A program made the translations under genes and the position numbers. Below, piece after piece: positions 26,114-34,813 of a stretch of 64,000 nucleotides of DNA. How positions within the stretch are numbered: position 1 is the first letter of the stretch; each line of letters begins with the position of its first letter. The notes beneath the pieces are model-generated. The model saw only the letters and a program-made list of their open reading frames with translations. It had not been told where the DNA came from and did no database searches. The DNA comes from Chloroflexota bacterium (GTDB lineage Bacteria; Chloroflexota; Limnocylindria; Limnocylindrales; CSP1-4). The stretch lies in contig PMIP01000043.1 of the NCBI GenBank assembly GCA_003158295.1, forward strand, positions 230-64,229, read 5' to 3'.

Positions 26114-27199
26114 TCAATCCCCCGATCTCTCCGCGGATCGGCCCGATAGTCCCAACTCCGCCTCGGTCGAGGCGACCTGACGGCCGGGCATGTACGCCAC
26201 GACCTCGCCCGTCCAGGCCGCGCTTCTACAGGCAGAGGCTATCCCGGACAGGCCGGCCGCCGCCACCCAAGCGGCGGAGAGAACGAGGGCAGCCAGCACG
26301 AACACCACCGGTCGGAAGTCGCGTGTCGTGCTGAGCGGGCCAAGGCCGAGGGAGATCGCGATCGGCTGCTGGTTCCTGGCGGCGACGCGGCACCAGTCGA
26401 AGGCCGTCGCCGTGGCGGCGAGGGTGATGGCCATCACGAGCACGCTCGCAGTGGTGGACGCTACCGCCGTAGAAACGGTCGAGAACGGTCTCCGGACGAT
26501 CTGGGTCAGTGCTCCGAGAATGGATCGCAACACTCCGCCATCGGCGAGGATCAGCCTCCGAACGGCGAGGGCGGCGATGGTCTCCGTTACCAGCCACGCG
26601 AGCGAAACCACGACCACGGCGTCCATGGCGTTCTCCACGACCCGGACGGGAAGCGGCGTTGCCAGGTTGCTGGGGGTGGTCAGCTCGTTGTACGCGACCG
26701 TGTAGACGCGTGCGCTGGCCCACGCCAGGGCAGCGGCGACAGGCAAAAGGCAGATTCCACGCACGGCGACCATGTCGAGCAGGAGCCCGAGCTCCGGCAG
26801 TGGTCGCCCTCGCCGGACCGGCCTGCCGGCGGCGTCGACCGTGGCTTCGATCAGCCATATGTCCACGAGTGAGCCGACGAGGCTGGCCAGCGCCAGCCAC
26901 AGAATCACCGCCGCGATGAAGATCGCCACGACCTCGAACAGCCACGGCGTGGGGCGGCCGTCGATTCCGACCGCGTCGATGCCGGTGACGCCGGCTATGC
27001 CGATCACGGACGGCAGGACTACGCTCGGCAGCGCCAGCAGCACGACGCCGCCCCTGAGCAGGAATCCGGCGAGCGCGACGACGACGGCGTCCATCCCGCC
27101 CACGCCGAACGCAAGGGCCATGCCCATGCGCATGGGCCAGCTTCGCCCTCTCCAGGCATCGGCGCCCGGATCGGCGAGCCCCTGCGCCGGCTCGACCAC
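26114..27199 (-). CDS. Multi-pass membrane protein, unknown family
   Basis: 361 aa with repeated hydrophobic helices. GTG 27199 lies 3 nt after the UPF0182 stop (TAG 27203-27205), suggesting co-translation. Confidence 0.6.
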   Translation of the reverse strand: MVEPAQGLADPGADAWRGRSWPMRMGMALAFGVGGMDAVVVALAGFLLRGGVVLLALPSVVLPSVIGIAGVTGIDAVGIDGRPTPWLFEVVAIFIAAVILWLALASLVGSLVDIWLIEATVDAAGRPVRRGRPLPELGLLLDMVAVRGICLLPVAAALAWASARVYTVAYNELTTPSNLATPLPVRVVENAMDAVVVVSLAWLVTETIAALAVRRLILADGGVLRSILGALTQIVRRPFSTVSTAVASTTASVLVMAITLAATATAFDWCRVAARNQQPIAISLGLGPLSTTRDFRPVVFVLAALVLSAAWVAAAGLSGIASACRSAAWTGEVVAYMPGRQVASTEAELGLSGRSAERSGD

Positions 27200-27202
27200 A
27201 GG

Positions 27203-30200
27203 CTATGGCGCCGAAGGAGCCGGAGTGCCGAGCACCTTCCCAAGCTGGTTCACCAGCTGCCCGACCTTCTCCATCTCCGACTGGTACGTGCCGAGATCGT
27301 GGTTGTCGTAGGCCTGCTGGGCCAGCTTGTAGTGCACGATCGCCTCGTCAGCCAGCTGCTGCGCGGTGCCGCTGAGCGACACGCTGGGCAGGGGGGTTGG
27401 CGAGCCGGCCGCCGTGGCCGTGGGGCTCGGGTTGGGCGTTGGCGACGTCCCCGGCGAAGTACCCGGTGATGGCGAAGCACTCGGGGTGCCTCCGCCCGAG
27501 GCCAGCTGTTGCAACGCGGTCTCGAGAACGGGGTCGGCCCAGACTATCTGGCCGTTACCCCCGGCGAGGGCGACCTTCTGGAGTACCGGTATGGGGTTGT
27601 TTGCCGATTGGACGTACACGGGCTCCACGTACAGGATCGAGTCCTGGAGAGGAACCACGAGGAGGTTGCCCATCGTGACCGTGCTGCCCTGCGTGCTCCA
27701 CAGGCTCAGGTCCTTGCTGGCCTGCTGGTTCGCGGCGATATAGGCCTGAATCTGCTTCGGCCCGAGGATGGTTGAGCTGCCCGGGAAGTTGAAAACCTCC
27801 ACCTTGCCATATGACCCCGGGTCGTTGTGGGCGGCGACCCAGGCGATCATGTTCGGACGATCGGCCGTCTTCTGTTGATTGCTCGGAACCATGGGCTGGA
27901 GCAGCAGGAACTCGGGAAGGCCCGGCTTGGATTGCCCGGGGATCTGCATTTCCACGTAGTACGCCTCGAGGGGGAGCTGATCGATCCCCTTGTTGGTAGA
28001 GCCAGAGTTGCGTACGACGTTCCAGACGTCGGTCGCGCTGTAGAAGATCGACGGGTCGGTGACGTGGTACGTCCCGAAGACGGAGGTCTGGGCGTTGTAC
28101 ATGCTCTCGGGGTAGCGCAGATGTGCCTGCAAATCGGGCGACATATCCGATAGCGGATGGAAGACACCAGGGAAGACGCCTTCCCAGGCCTGGATGATCG
28201 GGTCGGTCGGGTCCGCGACGTAGAACGTGGTCGTGCCGTCATAGGCGTCCATGACAACCTTGACGCTGTTGCGGATGTAGTTGAACGGATCCCCGTCGAG
28301 TCGATTCGAGCCGCTGTCGGTCGATGGGTCGTAGAGATTGGCGTCGGGGTAAGCGGCGCTCGTCGTGAACGCGTCGAGGACGTAGTCAAGTCGCCCGGTT
28401 GAGGTGACGACCAGGTATGGGTCCTTGTCATAGCGCAGGAACGGCGCGATCTCCTGGACTCGCTCCTGGATCGACCGCCTGTAGAGCAGCTGACTGTTGC
28501 CGCTCACCTGGTTGCTGATGAGCAGGTTGAGGTCGCCCAACTGCGCGGCGAACAGGAGCTTGGCCAGGGGAGTGTCCAGCTTGATCCCGGTCGTGCCGGT
28601 CCAGGTGTTCTTCGCCTCGACGCCCGTCGTGCCTGACGACTGGTAGTCGAACTCCTTGGTATCGCCGCCGACGATCACGTAGTCACTGGCCTGCGTGCCG
28701 AAGTAGATCCTGGGCTCCGCGATTACCGGGGCGCCTGCCGCCGACACGGGCGGCAGGTCCTGGACGACGAGCTTTGGACTGGCACTCTGGTTCTGCTGGC
28801 TTATCACGACCTCGTTCACCGGCAGCATGACCAGGCCTATGCCGTGCGTGAAGATCAGGTGCTGGTTCACCCAGCTAGAGTTGCCGTTGTTCTGCTCCAG
28901 GATCTTGGCGGGATCGAGCTCTCGGCCGGAAAGCATCACCTGCCGGACGCATGGGGCTGGGTTAGGGGCGCAGGTTGCGGCGTCGGTGAACGTGTATCGG
29001 TCCGTGTCGACGTCGGCGAAGCTGTAGTACGGGCGAATCAGCTGCGAGTTGGTGAGGTTGGGCTGGAGCGGCCTGTAGTCCCATAGTCGCAGGTTCTGGA
29101 TTGTCGCCTGCTCGCCGCTCAGCGATGCCTGCGTGACCGCCAGTCCCGGCGTGTATGACACGGACGACCAGTTGCTCAGACCGAAGGCCTGGCGCGTCAT
29201 GTCGATGTTGTTCTTGATGTAGGGCGTCTCCAGTCCCTGCTGGTTGGGCTCTACCTGCAGGCGCTGAACTGCCACCGGGTAGCCGACGTTGAGGACCCCG
29301 TACGCGCCGACCCAGATCACCAGGGTCAGAATGAGCGGGACCCGCATTCGCGTGTACGCGAAGCCCAGGACGAAGGCGCCGGCGAAGGCTGCCAGGACGG
29401 TCATGACGGTGATCGACAGGACCCTGGCGACCGTGTCGGTGTAGCCGGCCCCCTGGAAGATGCCGCTGGTGCCGCTGTAGACGAGCTCGTAGCGGTCCAG
29501 CTGGAATCCGAGCGCGATCGACCACAGGTAGAGCATGACCAGCAGTCCGAGATGCACGCGCGCTGGAGTCGGCATCGAAGCACCGGATACCACTGCCACC
29601 AGGTACCGGATACCCACCAGGGCAATGGACACGAGAAGCAGCGCGTTGGCGTACGACTGTGCCAGCCGGTAGAGCGGCAGCTCGAAGATGTAGAAGCCGA
29701 TGTCCTTGCCGAAGGTCGGGTCGACCTGACCGAATGGGACCCGATGCAAGAAGAGTTGGATGGTCGTCCAGCCGCTCGTCACCAGCCCGCCCAGCGTGAG
29801 GGCGACGAGGAGTCCGATCACGAGAAGGCCCCAGAAGACAGGCCGGCTGATGTCCGGGACCTGCACCGAATCGTCGGACCTGCGAGCGGTGCGCGCGGGA
29901 GGGTTACCGAAGGGCCCGCCGCCGAGCGTCCCGCCACCCATGTAGCGGTCGACGTTGAAGCGATCGAGCAGGTCGTCCAGCGAGAAGCGACGAAGCTCTC
30001 CCTTGGGGATGAAGCGACCGGCGAGCCAGACGTTGACCCACAGGAAGAGGAAGGCGACCCCGAATCCGCCGACGAAACAGAGGACCTGGGTGCCGAGCCG
30101 GGTCCAGAAGACGTTGCCGAAGCCCACGCTGGCGAACCAGATCGCGTCTGTCGCGAGGCCGACCGTCAGGGCGAAGAGCGACAGCAGCACCAGCAGCACG

Positions 30201-30523
30201 ACGACGACGACGCCGACGACGATCCAGCCGCGGCCAACGTGGAACTCGGGCATGTCGCTCGACGGGCCTCGGAATCTCGCGCGTCTGGGACCGCCGCCCC
30301 AGCCGCCGCGCTCGAAGATCGGATGTGGGCCGTCGTCGTCGCGATCCGTATCGCCCGGATCGGATTCTTGTGAACTCACCTGGTCATCCTCCCGCGGTCC
30401 CTCGGTGGACGAAGCGCTGCCGGCTTCCTCGCCCTGATCGGCCACTTGCTTGCGGCCCGCGGCCTGCTGTGCGGCCTGGCGACGACGCAGCTCCTTCGCG
30501 AAGTCATCGAACATGTTTCGCAT
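27203..30523 (-). CDS. UPF0182-family large membrane protein
   Basis: 1106 aa. Blocks typical of UPF0182 as I recall it (e.g. mycobacterial Rv3193c): IQLFLHRVPFGQVDPTFGKDIGFYIFELPLYRL, AGYTDT, YIRNSVKVVMDAYDGTTTFYV, LRYPESMY, GNLLVVPLQDSILYVEPVY. Confidence 0.88.
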   Translation of the reverse strand: MRNMFDDFAKELRRRQAAQQAAGRKQVADQGEEAGSASSTEGPREDDQVSSQESDPGDTDRDDDGPHPIFERGGWGGGPRRARFRGPSSDMPEFHVGRGWIVVGVVVVVLLVLLSLFALTVGLATDAIWFASVGFGNVFWTRLGTQVLCFVGGFGVAFLFLWVNVWLAGRFIPKGELRRFSLDDLLDRFNVDRYMGGGTLGGGPFGNPPARTARRSDDSVQVPDISRPVFWGLLVIGLLVALTLGGLVTSGWTTIQLFLHRVPFGQVDPTFGKDIGFYIFELPLYRLAQSYANALLLVSIALVGIRYLVAVVSGASMPTPARVHLGLLVMLYLWSIALGFQLDRYELVYSGTSGIFQGAGYTDTVARVLSITVMTVLAAFAGAFVLGFAYTRMRVPLILTLVIWVGAYGVLNVGYPVAVQRLQVEPNQQGLETPYIKNNIDMTRQAFGLSNWSSVSYTPGLAVTQASLSGEQATIQNLRLWDYRPLQPNLTNSQLIRPYYSFADVDTDRYTFTDAATCAPNPAPCVRQVMLSGRELDPAKILEQNNGNSSWVNQHLIFTHGIGLVMLPVNEVVISQQNQSASPKLVVQDLPPVSAAGAPVIAEPRIYFGTQASDYVIVGGDTKEFDYQSSGTTGVEAKNTWTGTTGIKLDTPLAKLLFAAQLGDLNLLISNQVSGNSQLLYRRSIQERVQEIAPFLRYDKDPYLVVTSTGRLDYVLDAFTTSAAYPDANLYDPSTDSGSNRLDGDPFNYIRNSVKVVMDAYDGTTTFYVADPTDPIIQAWEGVFPGVFHPLSDMSPDLQAHLRYPESMYNAQTSVFGTYHVTDPSIFYSATDVWNVVRNSGSTNKGIDQLPLEAYYVEMQIPGQSKPGLPEFLLLQPMVPSNQQKTADRPNMIAWVAAHNDPGSYGKVEVFNFPGSSTILGPKQIQAYIAANQQASKDLSLWSTQGSTVTMGNLLVVPLQDSILYVEPVYVQSANNPIPVLQKVALAGGNGQIVWADPVLETALQQLASGGGTPSASPSPGTSPGTSPTPNPSPTATAAGSPTPLPSVSLSGTAQQLADEAIVHYKLAQQAYDNHDLGTYQSEMEKVGQLVNQLGKVLGTPAPSAP

Positions 30524-30618
30524 GCGGCGAGTCTAGCGACGATGCCGATTCGAGGTACGGCACTACATGCGGCGAGCGTGCCGCAATCCCGGGGCCGGCA
30601 AGCGGGCCCGCCCCAGCC

Positions 30619-31080
30619 TCAGTAGGAGAGCCGGAGCAGGGCGTCGCGGAAGGCGCGGAGGACGGTCTGGGCCAGCTCGTTGTCGCGCATCGCCAGGACC
30701 CGCGCGGGCTCGAATCGGAACCCCGCGAGCACCACGAGCGGGGCCTCCCACGGCGCCTCGTCGTCCGGCGGTGGTTGCCCCAGACGCAGCCGGAGCTGTT
30801 GCCGGCCGTCCTCCTCGAGGATCAGGCCGGACATGGTTCCCGACAGTCCGGGGCCGAGCCGCATGAGCGGCGACCCGGGCGGAATGCCGTACCCAGGAGC
30901 GAGGTCGCTGAACGTGGCCAGGGCTCCTTCGCGCCCGCACCAAAGGAGCGCGATCCACCACCCGTCGGCGAGAATCTGGGGCTGCGACATGCCCACGCGG
31001 TGGGGATCGCCGGGGCGAAGGTCCAGTTCGCGCAGGTAGGAGGGTCCAGGGACCGCGAGTGGCCTGATGGGGTCGGTCAC
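30619..31080 (-). CDS. Hypothetical protein
   Basis: 153 aa from GTG 31080, which makes a GTGA overlap with the upstream gene stop. The composition looks protein-like (ILADGWWIALLWCGREGALATFSDL...). No family recognised. Confidence 0.5.
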   Translation of the reverse strand: MTDPIRPLAVPGPSYLRELDLRPGDPHRVGMSQPQILADGWWIALLWCGREGALATFSDLAPGYGIPPGSPLMRLGPGLSGTMSGLILEEDGRQQLRLRLGQPPPDDEAPWEAPLVVLAGFRFEPARVLAMRDNELAQTVLRAFRDALLRLSY

Positions 31081-32093
31081 GCCGGCGGCGTGCGGCGCCG
31101 TCGTGGCGCCGGCGGGCGCGCGGCATCCGGCGCGGCTTCGTCGCCGGGGGAAGAAGCGGGCGGTTGCGGCAGGGCCGCGGCCGAGTCCGTCGCCGCCGCG
31201 ACGGCCGTGGAAGGACTGGCCTCCGGCAGAACGACCCCCGTAGCCAGCTCTGCCCTGGCGGCAATCTCCGCATCGAGGCGGAGCATCTCCGCGCGAACGG
31301 CGGCGCTCGGCGGACGGAGCGCTTCCGGCTCGCTCGAGTCCGGGAGGTCGGCGGCCTGAGGGGTGCTCGAGCTGTTGAGAAGAATGGAGAGCGAGCTGCG
31401 CTTCTTCTTGCCCGCCCGAACCTGCTCGGCGTAGGCGCGCAGCTCGGGTGAGATCTCGGTCAGTCCGGGAAGGGGGATGGTGTCCGTCGTCTCGGCAGGA
31501 TCGACGGTTGCGTGGCAGGCCGGGCAGGTCGTGGCGCCGGCCGGGACTCGGGCCGAGCACCACGGGCAGTCGCGATCCGAGGTGGACCGTCCGGGCGGCG
31601 CGACGCGGCGTCCGGGGCGTTGAACCGGCAGCGCAGCCTGGCTCTCCGGTTCAGTCGCGCCGTCAGCAGCCCGGACTCCGGCGCCGGCAGCCGTGTCGGG
31701 TTCGATCTCGCCGGACGCGTCCAGGTGGGTCAGCCAGCCGCCGAAGGCCACCAGCGCCGCTCCCGGCAGAAGCGGCAGCCCGAAAGCGCGGCCCAGCTCG
31801 TCGGGCAGCAGTACGAGTCCCACACCGGCCATGATCGCCGCCGCGGCGTACGTCCCACGGCGCGGATCCGGCGTCAACATGGCTATTCCAAATGGCAACG
31901 TCGCCACCAGGGCCGCGGCCACGAAGACCCACATCACGACGGCGGCGGGGAACACGTACACGGTCTGCGGCGGGAGGGGGCCGTCCGCGTTGGCCAGGCC
32001 GAGGAACCCGGACCTGATCAGTCCGCCAAAGATACTCAGGCAGATGCACAACCATCCACCGAGGATGGTGAGCGGTCCGCGCATCTTGCCCAC
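31077..32093 (-). CDS. Membrane protein with a central zinc ribbon
   Basis: 338 aa with 4 N-terminal TM helices, then CPWCSARVPAGATTCPACHATV, a charged helix and a Pro/Ala-rich tail. GGGAG lies upstream of GTG 32093. Confidence 0.7.
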   Translation of the reverse strand: MGKMRGPLTILGGWLCICLSIFGGLIRSGFLGLANADGPLPPQTVYVFPAAVVMWVFVAAALVATLPFGIAMLTPDPRRGTYAAAAIMAGVGLVLLPDELGRAFGLPLLPGAALVAFGGWLTHLDASGEIEPDTAAGAGVRAADGATEPESQAALPVQRPGRRVAPPGRSTSDRDCPWCSARVPAGATTCPACHATVDPAETTDTIPLPGLTEISPELRAYAEQVRAGKKKRSSLSILLNSSSTPQAADLPDSSEPEALRPPSAAVRAEMLRLDAEIAARAELATGVVLPEASPSTAVAAATDSAAALPQPPASSPGDEAAPDAARPPAPRRRRTPPA

Positions 32094-32179
32094 GGCGCTT
32101 CTCCCTGCGGGATGCTACCCGCGATCCTGGTCGGATTGGCCCAACCGTCGCGCGGTTCCCCGACGCGACTCGGGCAGGG

Positions 32180-33802
32180 TCACTCCCACTCGATTGTCGC
32201 CGGCGGCTTGGAGCTGATGTCGTAGACGACCCGGTTGACGCCGGGCACCTCGTTGACGATCCGAGAGCTGATCTTGCCCAGCAGCTCGTATGGAAGCTTG
32301 GCCCAGTCGGCCGTCATCGCGTCCTCGGATGTGACGGCGCGAATCGCGACCACGTTGGCGTAGGTTCGTCCGTCGCCCATGACGCCGACGGAGAGAAGCG
32401 GTGTCAGGATCGCGAAGGATTGCCAGACGCTGCGGTAGAGTCCGGCGGCCTTGATCTCGTCGATGACGATCCAGTCGGCTTCGCGCAGCGTATCGAGCCG
32501 CTCGGCCGTGACCTCGCCGATGATTCGGATGGCCAGCCCCGGTCCCGGGAAAGGCTGACGCTGGACCATCGAGTCCGGCAAACCGAGCTCCGTCCCAACG
32601 GCCCGGACTTCGTCCTTGAAGAGGTAACGCAGCGGTTCGATCAGCTCGAACTTGAGGTCGTCCGGCAAGCCGCCCACGTTGTGATGGGTCTTGATCTTGG
32701 CCGCGGACTTCTCCTTGGCGGAAGTGGCCGATTCGATCACATCGGGGTAAAGGGTGCCCTGGGTCAGGAAGTCGATCCGGCCGAGCTTGGCGGCCTCTTC
32801 TTCGAAGACCCGGATGAACTCGGCTCCGATGATCCGGCGCTTCTGCTCGGGCTCGGTGACGCCGGCGAGCTTCTGCAGGAACCGGTCGCGCGCCTTGACG
32901 ACGGTGAACTTGACGCCCAGCTGTTCGAAAGCCGTCTGGAGCAGCTCGGTCTCGTTCTTGCGCATCATCCCGTGGTCCACGTGGACGCAGGTCAGGCTCT
33001 CGCCGACGGCGCGGTGGACGAGGGTCGCGGCCACGGCCGAATCCACTCCCCCGGAGAGGGCGCACAGGACCCGGCCGTCGGTACCGGTCGCGCGGCTGTG
33101 TTCGTCGACCCGGCGCCGGATCTCGTCCACGCTGGAGGCGATGAAGTTGGCGGGCGTCCAATTCGGTCTCGCGCCGGCGATGCCGAGGACGAAGTTGCGC
33201 AGGATCTCGCGGCCGCGCTTGGTGTGAGCGACTTCGGGGTGGAACTGGATGCCGTGCAGGCGTCGGCCGGGATCGGCCACGGCGGCGTAAGGGGTCGAGT
33301 CGGTTCGGGCCGTGGGGCGGAAGCCGTCGGGCAGTCGGGAGATCGAATCGCCGTGACTCATCCAGACGGGCTGCTCGGGCTCGATGCCGGCGAAGAGGCC
33401 CTCTCCCTCGATTACCGAGACCACCGCGGGGCCGTACTCCTTGCGGGCGAACGACTGGACCTGGCCACCGAGCGCTTCGGCCATCAGATGCATGCCATAG
33501 CAGATGCCCAGGATCGGGATGCCCCCGGTCCAAAGCGCCGGGTCGGGATGGGGCGAGCCGGCTTCGTAGACGCTGCTGGGCCCGCCGGAGAGGATCACCG
33601 CTCGGGGGTGGCGGGCCGCGATATCGGCCCAGGGAGTGTCGAACGGGAGCAGCTCCGAGTAGACGTGGAGCTCGCGCACGCGCCGGGCGATGAGCTGGCT
33701 GTACTGGCTCCCAAAGTCCAGCACGATGACCGAGTCCGCGTTCACTCCGACGGGCACTTCGCCGCTGGTACTCGCCAGATCCGCCACTCGTCCCTCGCTC
33801 AA
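32180..33802 (-). CDS. guaA: GMP synthase (glutamine-hydrolysing)
   Basis: 540 aa. GATase region ([12 protein letters not shown]), PP-loop SGGVDS, C-terminus [12 protein letters not shown] 33802 lies 6 nt after GGAGG. Confidence 0.97.
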   Translation of the reverse strand: MSEGRVADLASTSGEVPVGVNADSVIVLDFGSQYSQLIARRVRELHVYSELLPFDTPWADIAARHPRAVILSGGPSSVYEAGSPHPDPALWTGGIPILGICYGMHLMAEALGGQVQSFARKEYGPAVVSVIEGEGLFAGIEPEQPVWMSHGDSISRLPDGFRPTARTDSTPYAAVADPGRRLHGIQFHPEVAHTKRGREILRNFVLGIAGARPNWTPANFIASSVDEIRRRVDEHSRATGTDGRVLCALSGGVDSAVAATLVHRAVGESLTCVHVDHGMMRKNETELLQTAFEQLGVKFTVVKARDRFLQKLAGVTEPEQKRRIIGAEFIRVFEEEAAKLGRIDFLTQGTLYPDVIESATSAKEKSAAKIKTHHNVGGLPDDLKFELIEPLRYLFKDEVRAVGTELGLPDSMVQRQPFPGPGLAIRIIGEVTAERLDTLREADWIVIDEIKAAGLYRSVWQSFAILTPLLSVGVMGDGRTYANVVAIRAVTSEDAMTADWAKLPYELLGKISSRIVNEVPGVNRVVYDISSKPPATIEWE

Positions 33803-33828
33803 CGCCGACCTCCGTGGAATGTCCGCGT

Positions 33829-33838
33829 CAAGTCTACC
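33829..33838 (-). promoter_or_regulatory. Candidate extended -10 element GGTAGACTTG upstream of guaA
   Basis: The minus strand reads CCGGTAGACTTGACGCGG, ~25 nt upstream of the guaA start, in the 58-nt gap after the rhodanese gene. Confidence 0.4.
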
Positions 33839-33860
33839 GGCCCCGGTCGGTAGCCGGCTC

Positions 33861-34334
33861 CTACGGGCGCACGGTCGGGTAACCCTGCCTCTTCCAGACC
33901 TGCAGGCCGCCGTGCAGCTCCTTCACCTTGAAGCCCAACGACTCCAGTCGGTTGGCGGTCTTGGTGGATGCGTGGCAGCTGGCGTTCCAGCAGTACACGA
34001 CGTACTCGGCGTCGCGCGACAGGTGGTCCGTCGTGCTCTCGTCTATCTCCCGCCAGGGCAGGTTGATGGCGCCGGGCAGATGCTCTAGATGGAAGGTCTC
34101 GCGATACCGCGCGTCGACGATCACGAGGTTGGACACGCCGGCGACGATGTCCGCGAAGAGATCCTCCGGATGGCGGTAGTCCACGAAGCGTCCGACCCAG
34201 TGGATCCGGGCGGTTGGCTCAGCGGGGATCGTGGTCCGCGCTTCCGAGTCAACCGGCGACCGCACGATATGGAGCTCGGGCGGATCGGCGGCGGTCGCGG
34301 GCTCGGTGGCGTCGATTACCGGCGCGGTCAGCAT
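33861..34334 (-). CDS. Rhodanese-domain sulfurtransferase
   Basis: 157 aa. The active-site loop context is [14 protein letters not shown], followed by ...LHGGLQVW. Confidence 0.8.
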   Translation of the reverse strand: MLTAPVIDATEPATAADPPELHIVRSPVDSEARTTIPAEPTARIHWVGRFVDYRHPEDLFADIVAGVSNLVIVDARYRETFHLEHLPGAINLPWREIDESTTDHLSRDAEYVVYCWNASCHASTKTANRLESLGFKVKELHGGLQVWKRQGYPTVRP

Positions 34335-34468
34335 CGGCAGGCTCTCCAGTCGCTTGGCGTCGTTCGGGAATAGTAGCGACTCACGTCAATACCCCGCGTG
34401 GAATAGGTGCAGGCATGCACGCAAATCCGGTTCCGCAAGCAGGGCCCAGTCCGCGTGCTCGCGGCGCC

Positions 34469-34810
34469 CTAGTCGTCCAGGTTGGGAGCGAGCCAGCGAG
34501 CGGCCTGGTCGAGCGACCAACCCTTGCGGCGGGCGTAGTCCTCCAGCTGATCGCGCCCGATGCGGCCGATGCCGAAGTAGTGGGCTTCGGGTCGCCAGAA
34601 GTAGTAGCCGGAGACCGAAGCCGGCGGGAGCATCGCGAACGACTCGGTCAGGACGATCCCGGCCCGCGCCTCGGCGTCGAGCAGCTCGAACAGGGTCGCC
34701 TTCTCGGTATGGTCCGGGCAGGCCGGGTATCCGGGCGCCGGTCTGATTCCCTGATACGCCTCCGCGATGAGGGCGGCGTTGTCCAGGGCCTCGTCAGGAG
34801 CGTAGCCCCA
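34469..34810 (-). pseudogene. metH: In-frame continuation of metH after the amber codon (C-terminal 113 codons of the AdoMet-binding/reactivation domain)
   Basis: The same frame reads [45 protein letters not shown]...[49 protein letters not shown], ending at TAG 34469-34471. It has no start of its own at its 5' end. Confidence 0.85.
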
Positions 34811-34813
34811 CTA
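34811..34813 (-). other. In-frame TAG (amber) codon interrupting metH
   Basis: The minus strand reads GAG ATG GTC CGC CGT GAG TAG TGG GGC TAC GCT (EMVRRE*WGYA). Confidence 0.95.

Noticed and set aside
34811-34813. TAG reassigned as a sense codon genome-wide (or pyrrolysine)
   Set aside because: Several well-defined genes in this window end at TAG exactly where homologues end (rph, the ABC-2 permease, metH itself). No pyl-like genes are seen here. This cannot be excluded without the full genome.
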